DNA of 64,000 nt from Chlamydiales bacterium (lineage in GTDB: Bacteria; Chlamydiota; Chlamydiia; Chlamydiales; JAAZZY01): the NCBI GenBank assembly GCA_965206695.1, contig CBDBKM010000011.1:160001-224000 (forward strand). The letters are read 5' to 3'. Positions 29,662 to 40,819 of the stretch are shown one piece after another. The first letter of the stretch is position 1; each line of letters starts with the position of its first letter. The notes beneath the pieces were generated by a model. That model was not told where the DNA came from, searched no databases, and was given only the letters and a program-made list of their open reading frames with translations. Position numbers and translations under genes: made by a program.

Positions 29662-32145
29662 ATGGATAAACGTTCAATACTTTTGATTTTCTTATTAGCC
29701 GCAGCTCTATTTTTTGTACAAAATTATTTCTTCAAATCAAATGACTCCGGTCAACAAATAATTTCTCAACAAGAACAGGCTAGAATACAAACTGAAAATG
29801 AACATCTGTCTGAAAATATAGCCAATCGAACCGCCGATGTTAGTAAACTCCCCTTAGTAGAGCTTTATTCCGATGAAGCCGGACAACAGTTTCTAACCGA
29901 TGGAGTTTTAGTTGACGGTAACGTTTTAACTCTATCATGGTCAGAGGACATTCCCACTCAAGTTTTTTTTAAGAAAAAAGGATCGAAAAACACCCTTAAA
30001 TCGGCCCTTTTTCTTCAAAAAAGTGTAGAAGTAGGTGGCCCTCTTATCTATCAGAATGGTGATAATCAAAGAATTGGTATTATTAAACTTCCTGAATTTG
30101 GCACTTATGATATACAGCTGGTGGATCTGGTTCCCGGTGACCGAACAGCCACTATTGCACTTGGAGAGTATATTGAAGGCTATTTCTCCACTCCTCTTAA
30201 AGGCCCTTATCACAACTCGCTCGCATTGATTAATACACCTGACGGCTACCGGCCTGTTGGAACCTATCTATCGAAAAATCAAACATTAGTATCATTACAG
30301 CACTTTTTAGGCTTTAACGATTATTTGAATGTACAGACTTTACACCAAACAAACAAAAAGAACGCCTCTAGAGAAAAGTTTTATGTATTAGAGAATGGCT
30401 ATCAACAATTAGTTTTCTCTAATTACGGTGGCGCTATCACCGAAATCAACCTCCCCTTTCAAAGTGAAAAAAATCCGAAGAGTGTGGTTAAAGACATTGA
30501 ATTTGATAAAAAAATAGCTCAAAATTATACTTATAATTCCCATTTTCCTGATTTTGCATACCATGTACCAAGTGATAATCCAAAAGGACCTTTTTTAGAA
30601 ACCCCCAATACTTCCATTGGCGGTTACTACCCCTTATTAAGGCGCGACCTTATAGAATCCGGGTATAAAAAGAATGTCCGGATACCGCCAAGATTTTATG
30701 CTTTAAATATTATTTCAGATTATCCTGAAGTTGCTGAACTCGTTTATGATGTCAAATATTTTGATAAACATAAAATTGTATTTGAAGCGGTTCAAAACCA
30801 TCGAAAAATCACTAAAACATTTACTTTATCTGATCAAGCAGCTCCTTATTGTTTAGATCTCAAAATTGATATTGAAGGTGATAGTCGAGGTCTCCGATTA
30901 ACTAGTGGTATTCCTGAAACTGAGCTGATTTCCGGATCTGCATCTCCGGATATGAAATATAGTGTCACACGTAATCAAAAACCTGAATTTGAAAAGTTAA
31001 GCCTGCCAAAACAGAACATCTCTAATCATTCAGTTGCACCGGATTGGATCTCAAATTCAAATGGTTTCTTTTCTATTATAGTTGATCCACTCACTAAAAT
31101 TGGGTCCGGTTATAAATTAGAAAAAATAGATGGGAATATAGTCCCTACTCGAATTCTTGAAGTTGATCAAGAATATGCTAAATATAAAGCCTCTTCATTT
31201 CCCGGTTATGAATATCAATTGCCATTACTTTCATCCGGAGCAAGTATGGAATTTAGGATATTTGCAGGTCCTCTTGAAACAGGTATTCTTAAGCAAATAG
31301 ATACTGCCTATTCAGATTCATCCATCGGCTATTCTCCAAATTATGTGAAAGCTCAGACAGGACACGGTTGGTTTAAATTCATCTCAGATCCGTTTGCTAA
31401 ACTACTTTTTGTTCTTATGAAATTCTTTCACACCCTAACCGGTTCTTGGGCCTTTTCTATTATATTGTTAACGGTAGCCCTTAGAATCATGCTCTATCCT
31501 TTAAATGCTTGGTCAATCAAGTCCATGCGTAAAATGAAAGAAACCTCCCCTCTGGTTAGCGAAATTCAAAAACGCTATAAAAATGAGCCTAAAAAGGCTC
31601 AGCTTGAAATCATGAACTTATATCGAAAGAAAAAAGCCAATCCTTTTGTGGGTTGTCTGCCTCTTTTGATTCAAATGCCTTTCTTATTTGGTATGTTTGA
31701 TCTCTTAAGATCAACTTTTTCCTTGAGAGGAGCTTCATTTATTCCGGGTTGGATTGATAATCTCACTGCACCTGATGTTCTTTTTAGTTGGAGCAACCCC
31801 ATTTTCTTTATAGGCACTGAATTTCATCTGCTTCCGATTATTTTAGGCCTCGTATTTTTTGTTCAACAAAAGATCTCAAGCCCTTTACCTAAAGATAAGT
31901 CGCTCTTAACCGATCAGCAAAAACAACAGCGGTTAATGGGCAATATCATGGTTATTGTTTTCGCTGTGATGTTTTACAGCTTCCCTTCCGGATTAAATAT
32001 CTATTGGATATGTTCAACCTTATTGGGAATACTACAGCAATGGATAACGAACCGTATGTTAGATAAGAAGAAAAAAAGAGAGACAATTGTCTTAGAAGAA
32101 ACTCGATCTTCTAAGAAGAAACGAAAAGCTAAACCGGCAACATGA
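29662..32145 (+). CDS. yidC: Membrane protein insertase YidC (long chlamydial form)
   Basis: SWAFSIILLTVALRIMLYPL, GCLPLLIQMP, WIDNLTAPD, FPSGLNIYW. Confidence 0.95.
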   Translation: MDKRSILLIFLLAAALFFVQNYFFKSNDSGQQIISQQEQARIQTENEHLSENIANRTADVSKLPLVELYSDEAGQQFLTDGVLVDGNVLTLSWSEDIPTQVFFKKKGSKNTLKSALFLQKSVEVGGPLIYQNGDNQRIGIIKLPEFGTYDIQLVDLVPGDRTATIALGEYIEGYFSTPLKGPYHNSLALINTPDGYRPVGTYLSKNQTLVSLQHFLGFNDYLNVQTLHQTNKKNASREKFYVLENGYQQLVFSNYGGAITEINLPFQSEKNPKSVVKDIEFDKKIAQNYTYNSHFPDFAYHVPSDNPKGPFLETPNTSIGGYYPLLRRDLIESGYKKNVRIPPRFYALNIISDYPEVAELVYDVKYFDKHKIVFEAVQNHRKITKTFTLSDQAAPYCLDLKIDIEGDSRGLRLTSGIPETELISGSASPDMKYSVTRNQKPEFEKLSLPKQNISNHSVAPDWISNSNGFFSIIVDPLTKIGSGYKLEKIDGNIVPTRILEVDQEYAKYKASSFPGYEYQLPLLSSGASMEFRIFAGPLETGILKQIDTAYSDSSIGYSPNYVKAQTGHGWFKFISDPFAKLLFVLMKFFHTLTGSWAFSIILLTVALRIMLYPLNAWSIKSMRKMKETSPLVSEIQKRYKNEPKKAQLEIMNLYRKKKANPFVGCLPLLIQMPFLFGMFDLLRSTFSLRGASFIPGWIDNLTAPDVLFSWSNPIFFIGTEFHLLPIILGLVFFVQQKISSPLPKDKSLLTDQQKQQRLMGNIMVIVFAVMFYSFPSGLNIYWICSTLLGILQQWITNRMLDKKKKRETIVLEETRSSKKKRKAKPAT

Positions 32146-32149
32146 TACT

Positions 32150-33529
32150 ATGCTTATCTGGAACCAATTTCTTATGTCAAAAGAAAAGGAGCTGGGCATT
32201 GAAACGGTTAACAAGTGGTTAAAACCATTAAAAGTTGTTAACTATGATGCCTGCAATCTTTATTTGGAGGCAAAAGATTCTTTTCAGGCTTTATGGTTTG
32301 AAGAACACATCTTACCCACGGCTAAATTTAATTTACGCAATAACAATAATACACCAATTAAAGTTCACTTAAGTGTCGCAAATTTTACACTTCCTAATGC
32401 GGCTAACGAGGTAGCAAAGGATACGCCCTTTTCTAATACCTTTGAGCTAACCTATGAAAAAATAGACACAGACAATTCTTTTAACACTCTCATTCCTTAC
32501 AAAGGAAACCTCATCCCTTATAAACTTTTAGCTGAACTTATCGGCTATGACACTGTCAATGATACATATATTGATAGCAAGCTACCCCTAGCCGGTATTA
32601 ACCCTATTTATATTTATGGATTGAATGGTACAGGGAAAACTCATTTTCTAATGGCTACAACACAAGCGTTAAGAAAGAAAGGGATCAACGTTTTATACAC
32701 TAAAGCTGAAACTTTTACAGATAACATGGTCCGTGCACTCAGGGCCGGTAAAATGCAAGAATTTAGAAAAGCTTATAGACATGCTGATATACTCATAATT
32801 GATGATATCCATATATTCGCACGTAAATCCGCTACTCAAGAAGAATTTTTTCACACTTTTAATACGCTGCATGTCGAATGTAAACAAATTATTATTTCAG
32901 CAAACCGCTCTCCTATTGAGCTGGATTCGATTGAATCTCGATTGATTAGCCGTTTTGAATGGGGAATTGTTCTCCCTCTTCAGCAGCCTGCCGAAAACGA
33001 CTTAAAGAATATTTTAGTAAAAAAATTACAGGGTTTAAATTTTCCACTTCAAAATTCTGTTCTAGAATTTTTATTAAAAAATTTCGGTAATAATCCCAAT
33101 CGTTTATATCGCTCAATAAAAGCCTTGACTCTACGCGCTCATCTAAAGTCTACTCCTTATAATACAAATTCATCAAAAGAAATCGATATCGCTTTTGTAA
33201 AAAAATTATTACACGATTTTTTAGAGGAACAAAAGAAAGCTATTTTAACTTCTGATAAAATCATTGAAGTAACAGCTAGCTTATATGGTATCCGAGTCCA
33301 AGATATTTTAGGTAAGTCTCAAAGTCGGGACTGCGTCTATCCCAGACAAGTTGCTATGTATCTATGCCGAGAAAAACTTTCTCTTCCTTATATGAAAATC
33401 GGTCATTTATTTTCAAGAGATCACTCTACAGTGATGACAAGTGTCAAACAAATTAAAAAAAACTTGATACGCAAAGATGAACAACTTATGCATGCTTTAA
33501 ACTCTCTTCATAAAAAACTATCTGAATAG
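32150..33529 (+). CDS. dnaA: Chromosomal replication initiator DnaA
   Basis: NPIYIYG..GTGKTH, IIDDIH, QEEFFHTFN, RLISRFEWG, PRQVAMYL, RDHSTV. Confidence 0.96.
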   Translation: MLIWNQFLMSKEKELGIETVNKWLKPLKVVNYDACNLYLEAKDSFQALWFEEHILPTAKFNLRNNNNTPIKVHLSVANFTLPNAANEVAKDTPFSNTFELTYEKIDTDNSFNTLIPYKGNLIPYKLLAELIGYDTVNDTYIDSKLPLAGINPIYIYGLNGTGKTHFLMATTQALRKKGINVLYTKAETFTDNMVRALRAGKMQEFRKAYRHADILIIDDIHIFARKSATQEEFFHTFNTLHVECKQIIISANRSPIELDSIESRLISRFEWGIVLPLQQPAENDLKNILVKKLQGLNFPLQNSVLEFLLKNFGNNPNRLYRSIKALTLRAHLKSTPYNTNSSKEIDIAFVKKLLHDFLEEQKKAILTSDKIIEVTASLYGIRVQDILGKSQSRDCVYPRQVAMYLCREKLSLPYMKIGHLFSRDHSTVMTSVKQIKKNLIRKDEQLMHALNSLHKKLSE

Positions 33530-33549
33530 TTTTATTAAGTTAATTCTTC

Positions 33550-33879
33550 TTAGAGCCAGCTTAAGATACCAATACGGGTAGCTAGCACGGAAGATGATTT
33601 ACTAAAAGTTTGAAACGCTTCATTTTCAAGTCTTGGAGCCTCAGGAGCATTAGGCCTCTTATAACTGTCAGGCTTTTCAAAGGCTAATGAAAGGCCCTCA
33701 GCATATTTTAAAAGGCCATGCATAGCTAATAGGCGAAGCAATTGACTAGACTCTTCTTTATCGCTAATATAAAAATGATAGGAAAAAAGAGCCTTTTCAG
33801 CGTGATCTTGATCACCGGATAAGCGCTTCTTAAATGGCTTACAATTAGATACTTTCTTTTTTGCTTTCATCAGACACAC
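33550..33879 (-). CDS. Hypothetical protein
   Basis: 109-aa ORF with AAGGAG RBS immediately upstream. Confidence 0.5.
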   Translation of the reverse strand: MCLMKAKKKVSNCKPFKKRLSGDQDHAEKALFSYHFYISDKEESSQLLRLLAMHGLLKYAEGLSLAFEKPDSYKRPNAPEAPRLENEAFQTFSKSSSVLATRIGILSWL

Positions 33880-34100
33880 TCCTTAATATCAGTGATTAAA
33901 TACCCTTCTTTTAAATTAATTATAACATTTAGTTTAATTGATTGCCATGATTTTATCATTATTAAATATAAATGTAATTACTTAGTTAAAATCATAAGCT
34001 TCTATTGATCAATGACTTGATATTATTTCCGTAAAGTATAGACAGGTAATTAAAAATTATTTATAAAATTTAAAAAATATTAAAATAAGGAGTTCTAGCC

Positions 34101-34514
34101 ATGAATTATCATAAAAAGATTGAGACTGATAAAGCCCCTAAAGCAATAGGACCTTACTCTCAAGCTATCATAGCCGGAGATTCTCTTTATATCTCAGGAC
34201 AACTTCCTATTGATCCGGCAACAGGCAAAATTGTTGAGGGGGGTATTAGATCCCAAACCGAGCAGGTATTAAAAAATCTATTAGCTATTTTAAATCACTC
34301 AAATTTTGATATATCTAATGTCGTAAAATCAGAGATTTTTTTGAAAAATATGGATGATTTCAAAGAGATGAATGAAATTTATGGTAGTTTTTTTACTTTT
34401 AATCCTATGCCTGCAAGATATACTGTTGAAGTGGCTAAATTACCGTTAGATGTGGATATCGAAATCTCCTGCATCGCTTTTAAAGACCGGAAAATGAATG
34501 ACGACGTTGTCTGA
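34101..34514 (+). CDS. ridA: RidA/YjgF/UK114 enamine deaminase
   Basis: APKAIGPYSQA, SGQLP, MNEIY, PARYTVEVAKLP, EI. Confidence 0.93.
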   Translation: MNYHKKIETDKAPKAIGPYSQAIIAGDSLYISGQLPIDPATGKIVEGGIRSQTEQVLKNLLAILNHSNFDISNVVKSEIFLKNMDDFKEMNEIYGSFFTFNPMPARYTVEVAKLPLDVDIEISCIAFKDRKMNDDVV

Positions 34515-35679
34515 TATAATTTCTTAATATAAAGCTTAAACCTAAAATGATTAAAGGCAGGCTTAAGTATTGCCCCATCAAAAGACTATTGTCTTCTATA
34601 AAAACTAAGCTTGTTGGAACTTTTAAAAACTCAATTATAAAACGAAAAGAAAATGTAATAGCAAAGAAGAGACCTATTATTACGCCGGACCCACAAACAG
34701 TCTTTTTTAAGCGCCAAAGAACATAAAGGAAGATGGAAATAGATAAATAAAATAAAGCTTCATATAATTGCACCGGATGCCTGGGAATGCCTGAAATTCC
34801 ATCACTGGGATGTCCGAAAATAACTGCCCATGGAACACGAGTAGGAAACCCTACAATTTCTTGATTCACAAAATTACCTATTCTAATACAAAAAGCTAAA
34901 AAAGCTGCCGGAACGGTTATAACATCCAGTAGACGAATGAAAGTTAAATCGGGAAATTGCAAGCGAATTTTTCTACGAAATAAATAAACGGTAAATAAAG
35001 TCGCAATAATACCGCCATGGCTAGCTAACCCACCCTGCCAAATTTTAAATATATCGATTAAATTGTCTTTGAAATTCGGCCACCCATAAAAAATAACATA
35101 ACCCAAACGAGAACCTAAAATAATACCAATAATAATATACCAGGTGAATTTATCCATAAGAGTAATGATGATAGATTTAAACGGCTGAAGTGAATGAAAA
35201 AAAGTTTTTTCTAAAATCAACCTTTTGGCTTTCGATTTAAAAAAATAACTCTTACTCAAAGCCGGTTTTTTATCAAGAAATGACTCTAAAATAGTATTCG
35301 TATGAACGAATCGATTCAGTAACTCTAAAAGGGCTTCTTTTAAAAATGGCTCTACCGGTTCATTTTTTTTGCCTTGAAGAAGTTTTTGTTGGTATCTAGT
35401 TTCTAAATTGTTAAAAAGAGCTACCATTTCCGGAGTATCATTTTTAATACCGGATTTAAATTGTTCAATAAATTTTGACCAATTTAAGATATGCCCCTCT
35501 TCATACCTAAAAGTCTTAGACAAATCATGACTTAAAATGTGAATTATGAGAAAATGTCCTGCAATAAAAGCAAAAGCAAAAAATAAACCGTACCAAGCAA
35601 CGGGATGGTTAATATACGGGATATAGAAAAGCACCTGCTCGGGATCCCAATAAAACCAAGATAACAGAATATTTTGCAT
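34480..35679 (-). CDS. lgt: Prolipoprotein diacylglyceryl transferase with a soluble insertion
   Basis: WYG, GSRLGYV, GGLASHGG, RIGNFVNQE, HPVQLYE, RFIIEF. Confidence 0.93.
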   Translation of the reverse strand: MQNILLSWFYWDPEQVLFYIPYINHPVAWYGLFFAFAFIAGHFLIIHILSHDLSKTFRYEEGHILNWSKFIEQFKSGIKNDTPEMVALFNNLETRYQQKLLQGKKNEPVEPFLKEALLELLNRFVHTNTILESFLDKKPALSKSYFFKSKAKRLILEKTFFHSLQPFKSIIITLMDKFTWYIIIGIILGSRLGYVIFYGWPNFKDNLIDIFKIWQGGLASHGGIIATLFTVYLFRRKIRLQFPDLTFIRLLDVITVPAAFLAFCIRIGNFVNQEIVGFPTRVPWAVIFGHPSDGISGIPRHPVQLYEALFYLSISIFLYVLWRLKKTVCGSGVIIGLFFAITFSFRFIIEFLKVPTSLVFIEDNSLLMGQYLSLPLIILGLSFILRNYIRQRRHSFSGL

Positions 35680-35746
35680 ACTTAACTACCTAACTTAAGT
35701 GTTTATCTAAATTCACCTATTAATATTTCAATTCAGGTTAAATTTT

Positions 35747-36217
35747 ATGATTAAAGTATCTATTCTTTCAATTGGTAAAGTAAAAGAAAGGTGGCTTCAA
35801 GAAGCCATAAAATTTTATCATAAACGTCTTCAGCCTGCTATATCATTGGAGTGTCTATGGGTTAAAGATTTTCTCCATGCAGAAAAATTCATTACAAAAG
35901 AATCTTGCGTTATTGGATTTGATCCTAATGGCGACGAACTTAATAGTGAATCCTTTTGCGATATGTTCTATACAAAATTAGAAAGAGGAGGATCTCGTCT
36001 TACTATGGTTATTGGTGACGCTTATGGCCTACCTCCATCATTCAAAAACCGGTTTCCTTTATTTAGCCTATCTCGTCTTACCTTTACCCATCAAATGACT
36101 CGTCTTATCCTTATCGAACAGATTTATCGAGCTTCCGAGATTAAACGAGGTTCACCATATCATCACGCTTCTCCGGCCAACGTCCCTTTTCTTACAGCAA
36201 AGGCATCACGAAAATAA
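35747..36217 (+). CDS. rlmH: 23S rRNA pseudouridine-1915 N3-methyltransferase
   Basis: IGKVKE, IGDAYGL, SLSRLTFTHQMTRLILIEQIYRA, PYH. Confidence 0.92.
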   Translation: MIKVSILSIGKVKERWLQEAIKFYHKRLQPAISLECLWVKDFLHAEKFITKESCVIGFDPNGDELNSESFCDMFYTKLERGGSRLTMVIGDAYGLPPSFKNRFPLFSLSRLTFTHQMTRLILIEQIYRASEIKRGSPYHHASPANVPFLTAKASRK

Positions 36218-36711
36218 AGCATTGCTCCTTTAAGTAAAGCAGCCCCAATCATCAAATCTACGGATCCGCGAATATCAGGAATAACATGAAAAATTTTCAA
36301 TCCCAAGCCTAAACACACCATTAGGCCCAATAATAAATAATATTTTGTGCTATATATATTTTTTATACTACATGGATTAGGGAGCGATAAGATCCGACTA
36401 ACTCCCCTGCGGACTGACTTAATAAGAACGTACCTTCCTTTTAAATAACCAACCATTAATGAAATTGCAATTACAAAAGAGGCTGCTTGATCACCATCTC
36501 TGATAAAAGATGATAAAAGTTTAAAAAAAGAAAAATTTGGCGAGGCAATTAGATTTTCCCAATTTATAATTGAATCAGTGATAAAATGTACTCCAAGAGA
36601 CATCAGGAAAACACCAACAGCAAACCAAACCAAACCCGAAATAACTATCAAGGTAAAGTGGCTGCATTTGAACATAATAACACCTATGATATAATAAACT
36701 TGCATCATCAT
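36163..36711 (-). CDS. Conserved membrane protein (4 TM)
   Basis: Hydrophobic ORF; SG..W..VG and GYLKGRYVL.KS motifs. Confidence 0.7.
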   Translation of the reverse strand: MMMQVYYIIGVIMFKCSHFTLIVISGLVWFAVGVFLMSLGVHFITDSIINWENLIASPNFSFFKLLSSFIRDGDQAASFVIAISLMVGYLKGRYVLIKSVRRGVSRILSLPNPCSIKNIYSTKYYLLLGLMVCLGLGLKIFHVIPDIRGSVDLMIGAALLKGAMLYFRDAFAVRKGTLAGEA

Positions 36712-36927
36712 ATCCTAAACTGAAAAAATTAGCAATTTAGAATAAGATAAGATGTTTTGAAAAAAATTATATTTTAATTGAAAGATATCATGCTGTAAAC
36801 CAAAAAGAACTGACAAGAAATAGAATTTTTTCTTATATAAGAAAGCAAATCTCATACAATTTATAAGAAAATCGAATAAGCCATTTTAAAAAAATAAACA
36901 TAAATAAAACAACCCCAGGGATTAAGA

Positions 36928-37998
36928 ATGAATATCTCGCTAGCATTTATACGAATATTTTTTACTTTATTAAGTATCTGTTTTATCACAATATATACTA
37001 GTCATATTCAAGATGGCCCGACCGGTATCATTGTAGGAATTATTATTGGCCTAGTTTTTGGTTTTATTTTAATCGGTATTGATATGCTCTTCAGGCGCTT
37101 CAATCTCCGCTCTTTTAATATCGCTGTTTTAGGGCTTTTTTTCGGATATTTGATGGGAGAAGCTCTCGTATTAATCTTTGATGCTATCTTAAAAATTAGC
37201 ATGACTGTTGACATTCATGAAAAATTTATTGAAATCATTGAAATTGGTATCTTCCTTTTTGGTATTTATCTGGGATTAATCATGACATTGAGAGCTGCTG
37301 ATGAATTATATGTTAGTATCCCCTTTGTTAAATTCGCCCCTACCAGCCAAAAAAAGAAAGATCTTCTAATCGATACATCCGTTTTAGCCGATGCACGTAT
37401 TATCGACCTTTCGTCTTCCGGAGTTTTGGATCATCATCTTGTGATTCCCAGATTTATTATTAAAGAATTATATTCCCAAGCAGAATATTCTGATGAAATG
37501 ATTAAATCTAGAGCCAGGCGCTGTCTAGATGGATTAAAAAAGCTGGAAATGATTCCTAACTTAGGCATTCGATATAACGACACTGATTTTCCCGATGTAA
37601 AAGAACCTATTTCTAAGTTGATACGCCTAGCCAGGTTAATTGATGCCAATGTAATAACAGCAGATATTAGTCGTATTCAAATGTCTAGTATTGAAGGTGT
37701 TCGTATTATCAATATACACAGTTTAGCGAATTCCCTTAAACCGATTATGCAAGCAGGAGAGCGAATAAAGATCAAAGTTCAACGTTATGGAAAAGAACCC
37801 AGACAAGGGATCGGTTATCTGGAAGACGGCACAATGGTCGTAGTTAATGGAGGCGGCGAACATATTGGTCAAATTATTGAGGCTCAAGTCCTATCCGTCA
37901 AACACACTTCTTCCGGTCGAATGATTTTCTGTAACGCTGAGGAAGAATCTTCTCATAAATATGGTGAAATGACAGAAGAAGAAATGGACGAATACTAG
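36928..37998 (+). CDS. PIN/TRAM-domain membrane protein (YacL-like)
   Basis: Three N-terminal TMs, DTSVLADARI (PIN), GKEPRQGIGYLEDGTMVVV...GRMIF (TRAM). Confidence 0.9.
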   Translation: MNISLAFIRIFFTLLSICFITIYTSHIQDGPTGIIVGIIIGLVFGFILIGIDMLFRRFNLRSFNIAVLGLFFGYLMGEALVLIFDAILKISMTVDIHEKFIEIIEIGIFLFGIYLGLIMTLRAADELYVSIPFVKFAPTSQKKKDLLIDTSVLADARIIDLSSSGVLDHHLVIPRFIIKELYSQAEYSDEMIKSRARRCLDGLKKLEMIPNLGIRYNDTDFPDVKEPISKLIRLARLIDANVITADISRIQMSSIEGVRIINIHSLANSLKPIMQAGERIKIKVQRYGKEPRQGIGYLEDGTMVVVNGGGEHIGQIIEAQVLSVKHTSSGRMIFCNAEEESSHKYGEMTEEEMDEY

Positions 37999-38005
37999 AA
38001 GCCGT

Positions 38006-38371
38006 TTAAGTCCAAATAGCCATTGCTACCGTAAATTTATGACAATGGCTGATGGATAAAAGGACTTTCGGATTCTTAAATTTTTCAATTATACCTTTAG
38101 AAAACTTTACCTGAGGCTTCCCAAATTCATCATTTTTTATGATAATATCTAAAGGTGATAAGCTCTCTCCAAATCCTCTACCTAGAGCCTTCGCAATAGC
38201 TTCTTTTGCCGCAAATCGCCCTGCAAACCGCGTAACGCTATCTAAATATGAAAGGCAATACTCTTGCTCTTCCTTTGTAAATAACCGGTCTAAAAATCGT
38301 TGATTATGTCTTTTAAGGCTATCTTCAATTCTACTTATTTCAAGAATATCAGTACCAATGCCTTTAACCAT
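38006..38371 (-). CDS. acpS: Holo-ACP synthase
   Basis: GIGTDI, AGRFAAKEA, GKP, LSISH. Confidence 0.95.
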   Translation of the reverse strand: MVKGIGTDILEISRIEDSLKRHNQRFLDRLFTKEEQEYCLSYLDSVTRFAGRFAAKEAIAKALGRGFGESLSPLDIIIKNDEFGKPQVKFSKGIIEKFKNPKVLLSISHCHKFTVAMAIWT

Positions 38372-38465
38372 AGCTTCCCTTAAATTTGACTATTATTGTC
38401 ATATAAACCTTCTTTCATATTTTGGACAATAGTTGGATTTGAAATTACTCTCAGTAGATAAGCAC

Positions 38466-39281
38466 TTAATAGACAGAAAAAGGAAAGAGATAAGAAAACC
38501 CAAATATATTGAGATATTGTGGAGCATTATGAGCATAAAGCCTAAAATTATAAGTCAATTCTATAGTACCGTAGCTAAGAAATTGATAATGATAAGATCC
38601 TCCAAGCTCTAAAATGCGATACTTTATACTGCCATACCCGGGGAAAAAAAGAGGAGTCTCCAGGTCCCTTTGACCAAATCCTAACTGATACTGTGAAAAT
38701 ACTCCCAATTGTTGACTATCATTGAAGTTTTTTTCCCAATACATTTTAATGTTTGCCCACGGACTTCCTTTATTAGCTAACCCCATGCTGCCTAAGCCCC
38801 AGATACGCCAATCCCAAAGCCAACCGCCGGAAAACTCCTTACCTAAGATTAGATCTACTTTGAAATTTGAATTCCCATGATAGAATTGAGCCACATCATG
38901 TAAGGCTTGAGTCGTAGGAAAGTATGACATAAATGCTGTAACAACCGATAAAGAATCCCCTTCAATATCATTAAGCCACTGATATTGAGTCCTAATTTTA
39001 GCATTCGCGAAATTAAAACTCATATGTCTTGTATTAGCAAATTCTATTTCTACTTCTGATTTCAATTTTGGAAAGGGAACAAAACCCAATCCTACATTGA
39101 AGAAAGTATCATTGGAAGTGTAGGTAATACTTTTGTTACCCGTATCTAAGGCATCAAATGACTGAAAACGACAGCTAGTAAGCATTTCATACTCAAGCCA
39201 TCGTCCATACCAAGGTCTTTCATTTAAGCTCAAACAACCAACAGGTAGAATTAAAAAAAGAAAAAGTAAATACCTACCCAT
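38466..39281 (-). CDS. Putative outer-membrane beta-barrel protein
   Basis: Signal peptide, aromatic-rich alternating strands, C-terminal FSYLFPF. Confidence 0.6.
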   Translation of the reverse strand: MGRYLLFLFLILPVGCLSLNERPWYGRWLEYEMLTSCRFQSFDALDTGNKSITYTSNDTFFNVGLGFVPFPKLKSEVEIEFANTRHMSFNFANAKIRTQYQWLNDIEGDSLSVVTAFMSYFPTTQALHDVAQFYHGNSNFKVDLILGKEFSGGWLWDWRIWGLGSMGLANKGSPWANIKMYWEKNFNDSQQLGVFSQYQLGFGQRDLETPLFFPGYGSIKYRILELGGSYHYQFLSYGTIELTYNFRLYAHNAPQYLNIFGFSYLFPFSVY

Positions 39282-39292
39282 AAAAAAACCAA

Positions 39293-40255
39293 CTAATCAG
39301 AAAGACCTTTAGAAGCTAAGCATCTTTCTGCATCTAAAGCTGCCATACATCCTGAACCTGCAGCAGTAACCGCCTGTCGATAAAAAGGATCTTGTACATC
39401 ACCACATGCAAAGACTCCTTCTAAAGATGTGCGAGACGTTCCGGGTAGAACTTTTATATATCCACTTTGATCTAAATCGAGTTGATTGTCTAAAAAAGCA
39501 GTATTTGGTGTATGTCCAATTGCAAAAAATACACCTCCGGCAGGTTGTGTTATCACTTCATTAGTCTCAAGATTTTTTAATTCAACTGATCCTACAACAT
39601 CCTTGCCTTCAATTTTATCGATAACCGTATTCCATAATATTTCAATTTTCGGGTGATTTTTTGCGCGATCTGCCATAATAGGTGAAGCTCGTAATGTATC
39701 TCTTCTATGTACTAAAAAAACCTTTTTGCCATATTTAGTCAAAAATATAGCTTCTTCAACAGCGGAATCTCCTCCCCCTATAACATAAAGATCCTTTTTT
39801 CTGAAAATAGGCATCGCTCCATCACAAATAGCACAAGCAGTTACTCCTCGTTGCCACAACTCACCGTCACTTGCGCCGGGAATATTTAATCTTTTTGCCA
39901 TGGCTCCTGTTCCTATAATAAGAGCTTCTGTTTTAAATTGATTCTTCTTTCCAAAAATTTTGAAAGGCTTTGAGTTAAGATCCACCTTTTCAACATCTTC
40001 CATTAAACAGGTAGTCCCAAAACGAGTAGCCTGTTCTTTGAACTTCAACATTAATTCCGGCCCTTGAATACCTTCGGGAAAACCGGGGTAATTCTCTACA
40101 TCCGTTGTCGTCATTAACTGTCCACCACTTGGTCCGGAAAAAAAACCTTCAAAAATAATGGGTTTTAAATTGGCCCTCGCTGCATAGATAGCTGCTGTAT
40201 AGGAAGCGGGACCTGAACCGATAATCACCAGTTTCACTTTTTCCATAAATATCAA
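39293..40255 (-). CDS. trxB: Thioredoxin reductase
   Basis: [38 protein letters not shown]. Confidence 0.97.
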   Translation of the reverse strand: MIFMEKVKLVIIGSGPASYTAAIYAARANLKPIIFEGFFSGPSGGQLMTTTDVENYPGFPEGIQGPELMLKFKEQATRFGTTCLMEDVEKVDLNSKPFKIFGKKNQFKTEALIIGTGAMAKRLNIPGASDGELWQRGVTACAICDGAMPIFRKKDLYVIGGGDSAVEEAIFLTKYGKKVFLVHRRDTLRASPIMADRAKNHPKIEILWNTVIDKIEGKDVVGSVELKNLETNEVITQPAGGVFFAIGHTPNTAFLDNQLDLDQSGYIKVLPGTSRTSLEGVFACGDVQDPFYRQAVTAAGSGCMAALDAERCLASKGLSD

Positions 40256-40495
40256 GAACCTAAATTAAGTCAAAAGATTGCAAAAATTAAAAGTAAAAAT
40301 ATTAATGATTAATGATAAAAAAAGCAAGAAGCAAAACTTTATCTCAACATCAAAGTTCTCAATGAAATTAGGTAGATATTTAATCAGGTTTTGACACAAA
40401 AATAATCCCCAAATCCAAAAGCGCCGTATGTATCACTTTCTCGATTTGTCTATAGCTACCATGTAAATCTAGAATTAAACTTAAAAATAACACAA

Positions 40496-40523
40496 TAACC
40501 AGGTCCAAGATAGGACCTAGTTA
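40496..40523 (-). terminator. Putative intrinsic terminator after acpP
   Basis: Hairpin TAACtAGGTCC-loop-GGACCTgGTTA followed by T-rich sequence on the minus strand. Confidence 0.55.
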
Positions 40524-40532
40524 CACTAAAAA

Positions 40533-40787
40533 CTATTCTGCTTTTTTCTTGTTCTCGATGTAAAGAATAACATCTTGAACAGTTTTTAATTTCTCAGCAT
40601 CTTCTTCAGATATTTCAAAACCAAAACGTTCTTCAAAAGTCATTATCAATTCTGTTAAATCTAAAGAATCTGCATTAAGATCCTCTACAAATGATTTTTC
40701 AGGAGTAACCTCAGTGGCATTAATGCCTAGTTGTTCCACAACAATATCAATTACTTTGTGTTCTATTGCCTTCCGATCTGTAGACAT
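40533..40787 (-). CDS. acpP: Acyl carrier protein
   Basis: DLNADSLD phosphopantetheine site. Confidence 0.97.
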   Translation of the reverse strand: MSTDRKAIEHKVIDIVVEQLGINATEVTPEKSFVEDLNADSLDLTELIMTFEERFGFEISEEDAEKLKTVQDVILYIENKKKAE

Positions 40788-40819
40788 TTATTTCCTCATA
40801 CATATTGTGTTAAAAAAAA

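Noticed and set aside
33880..34100. AT-rich region near dnaA as possible oriC
   Set aside because: No clustered TTATCCACA-type DnaA boxes seen, and the chlamydial oriC is not generally adjacent to dnaA.
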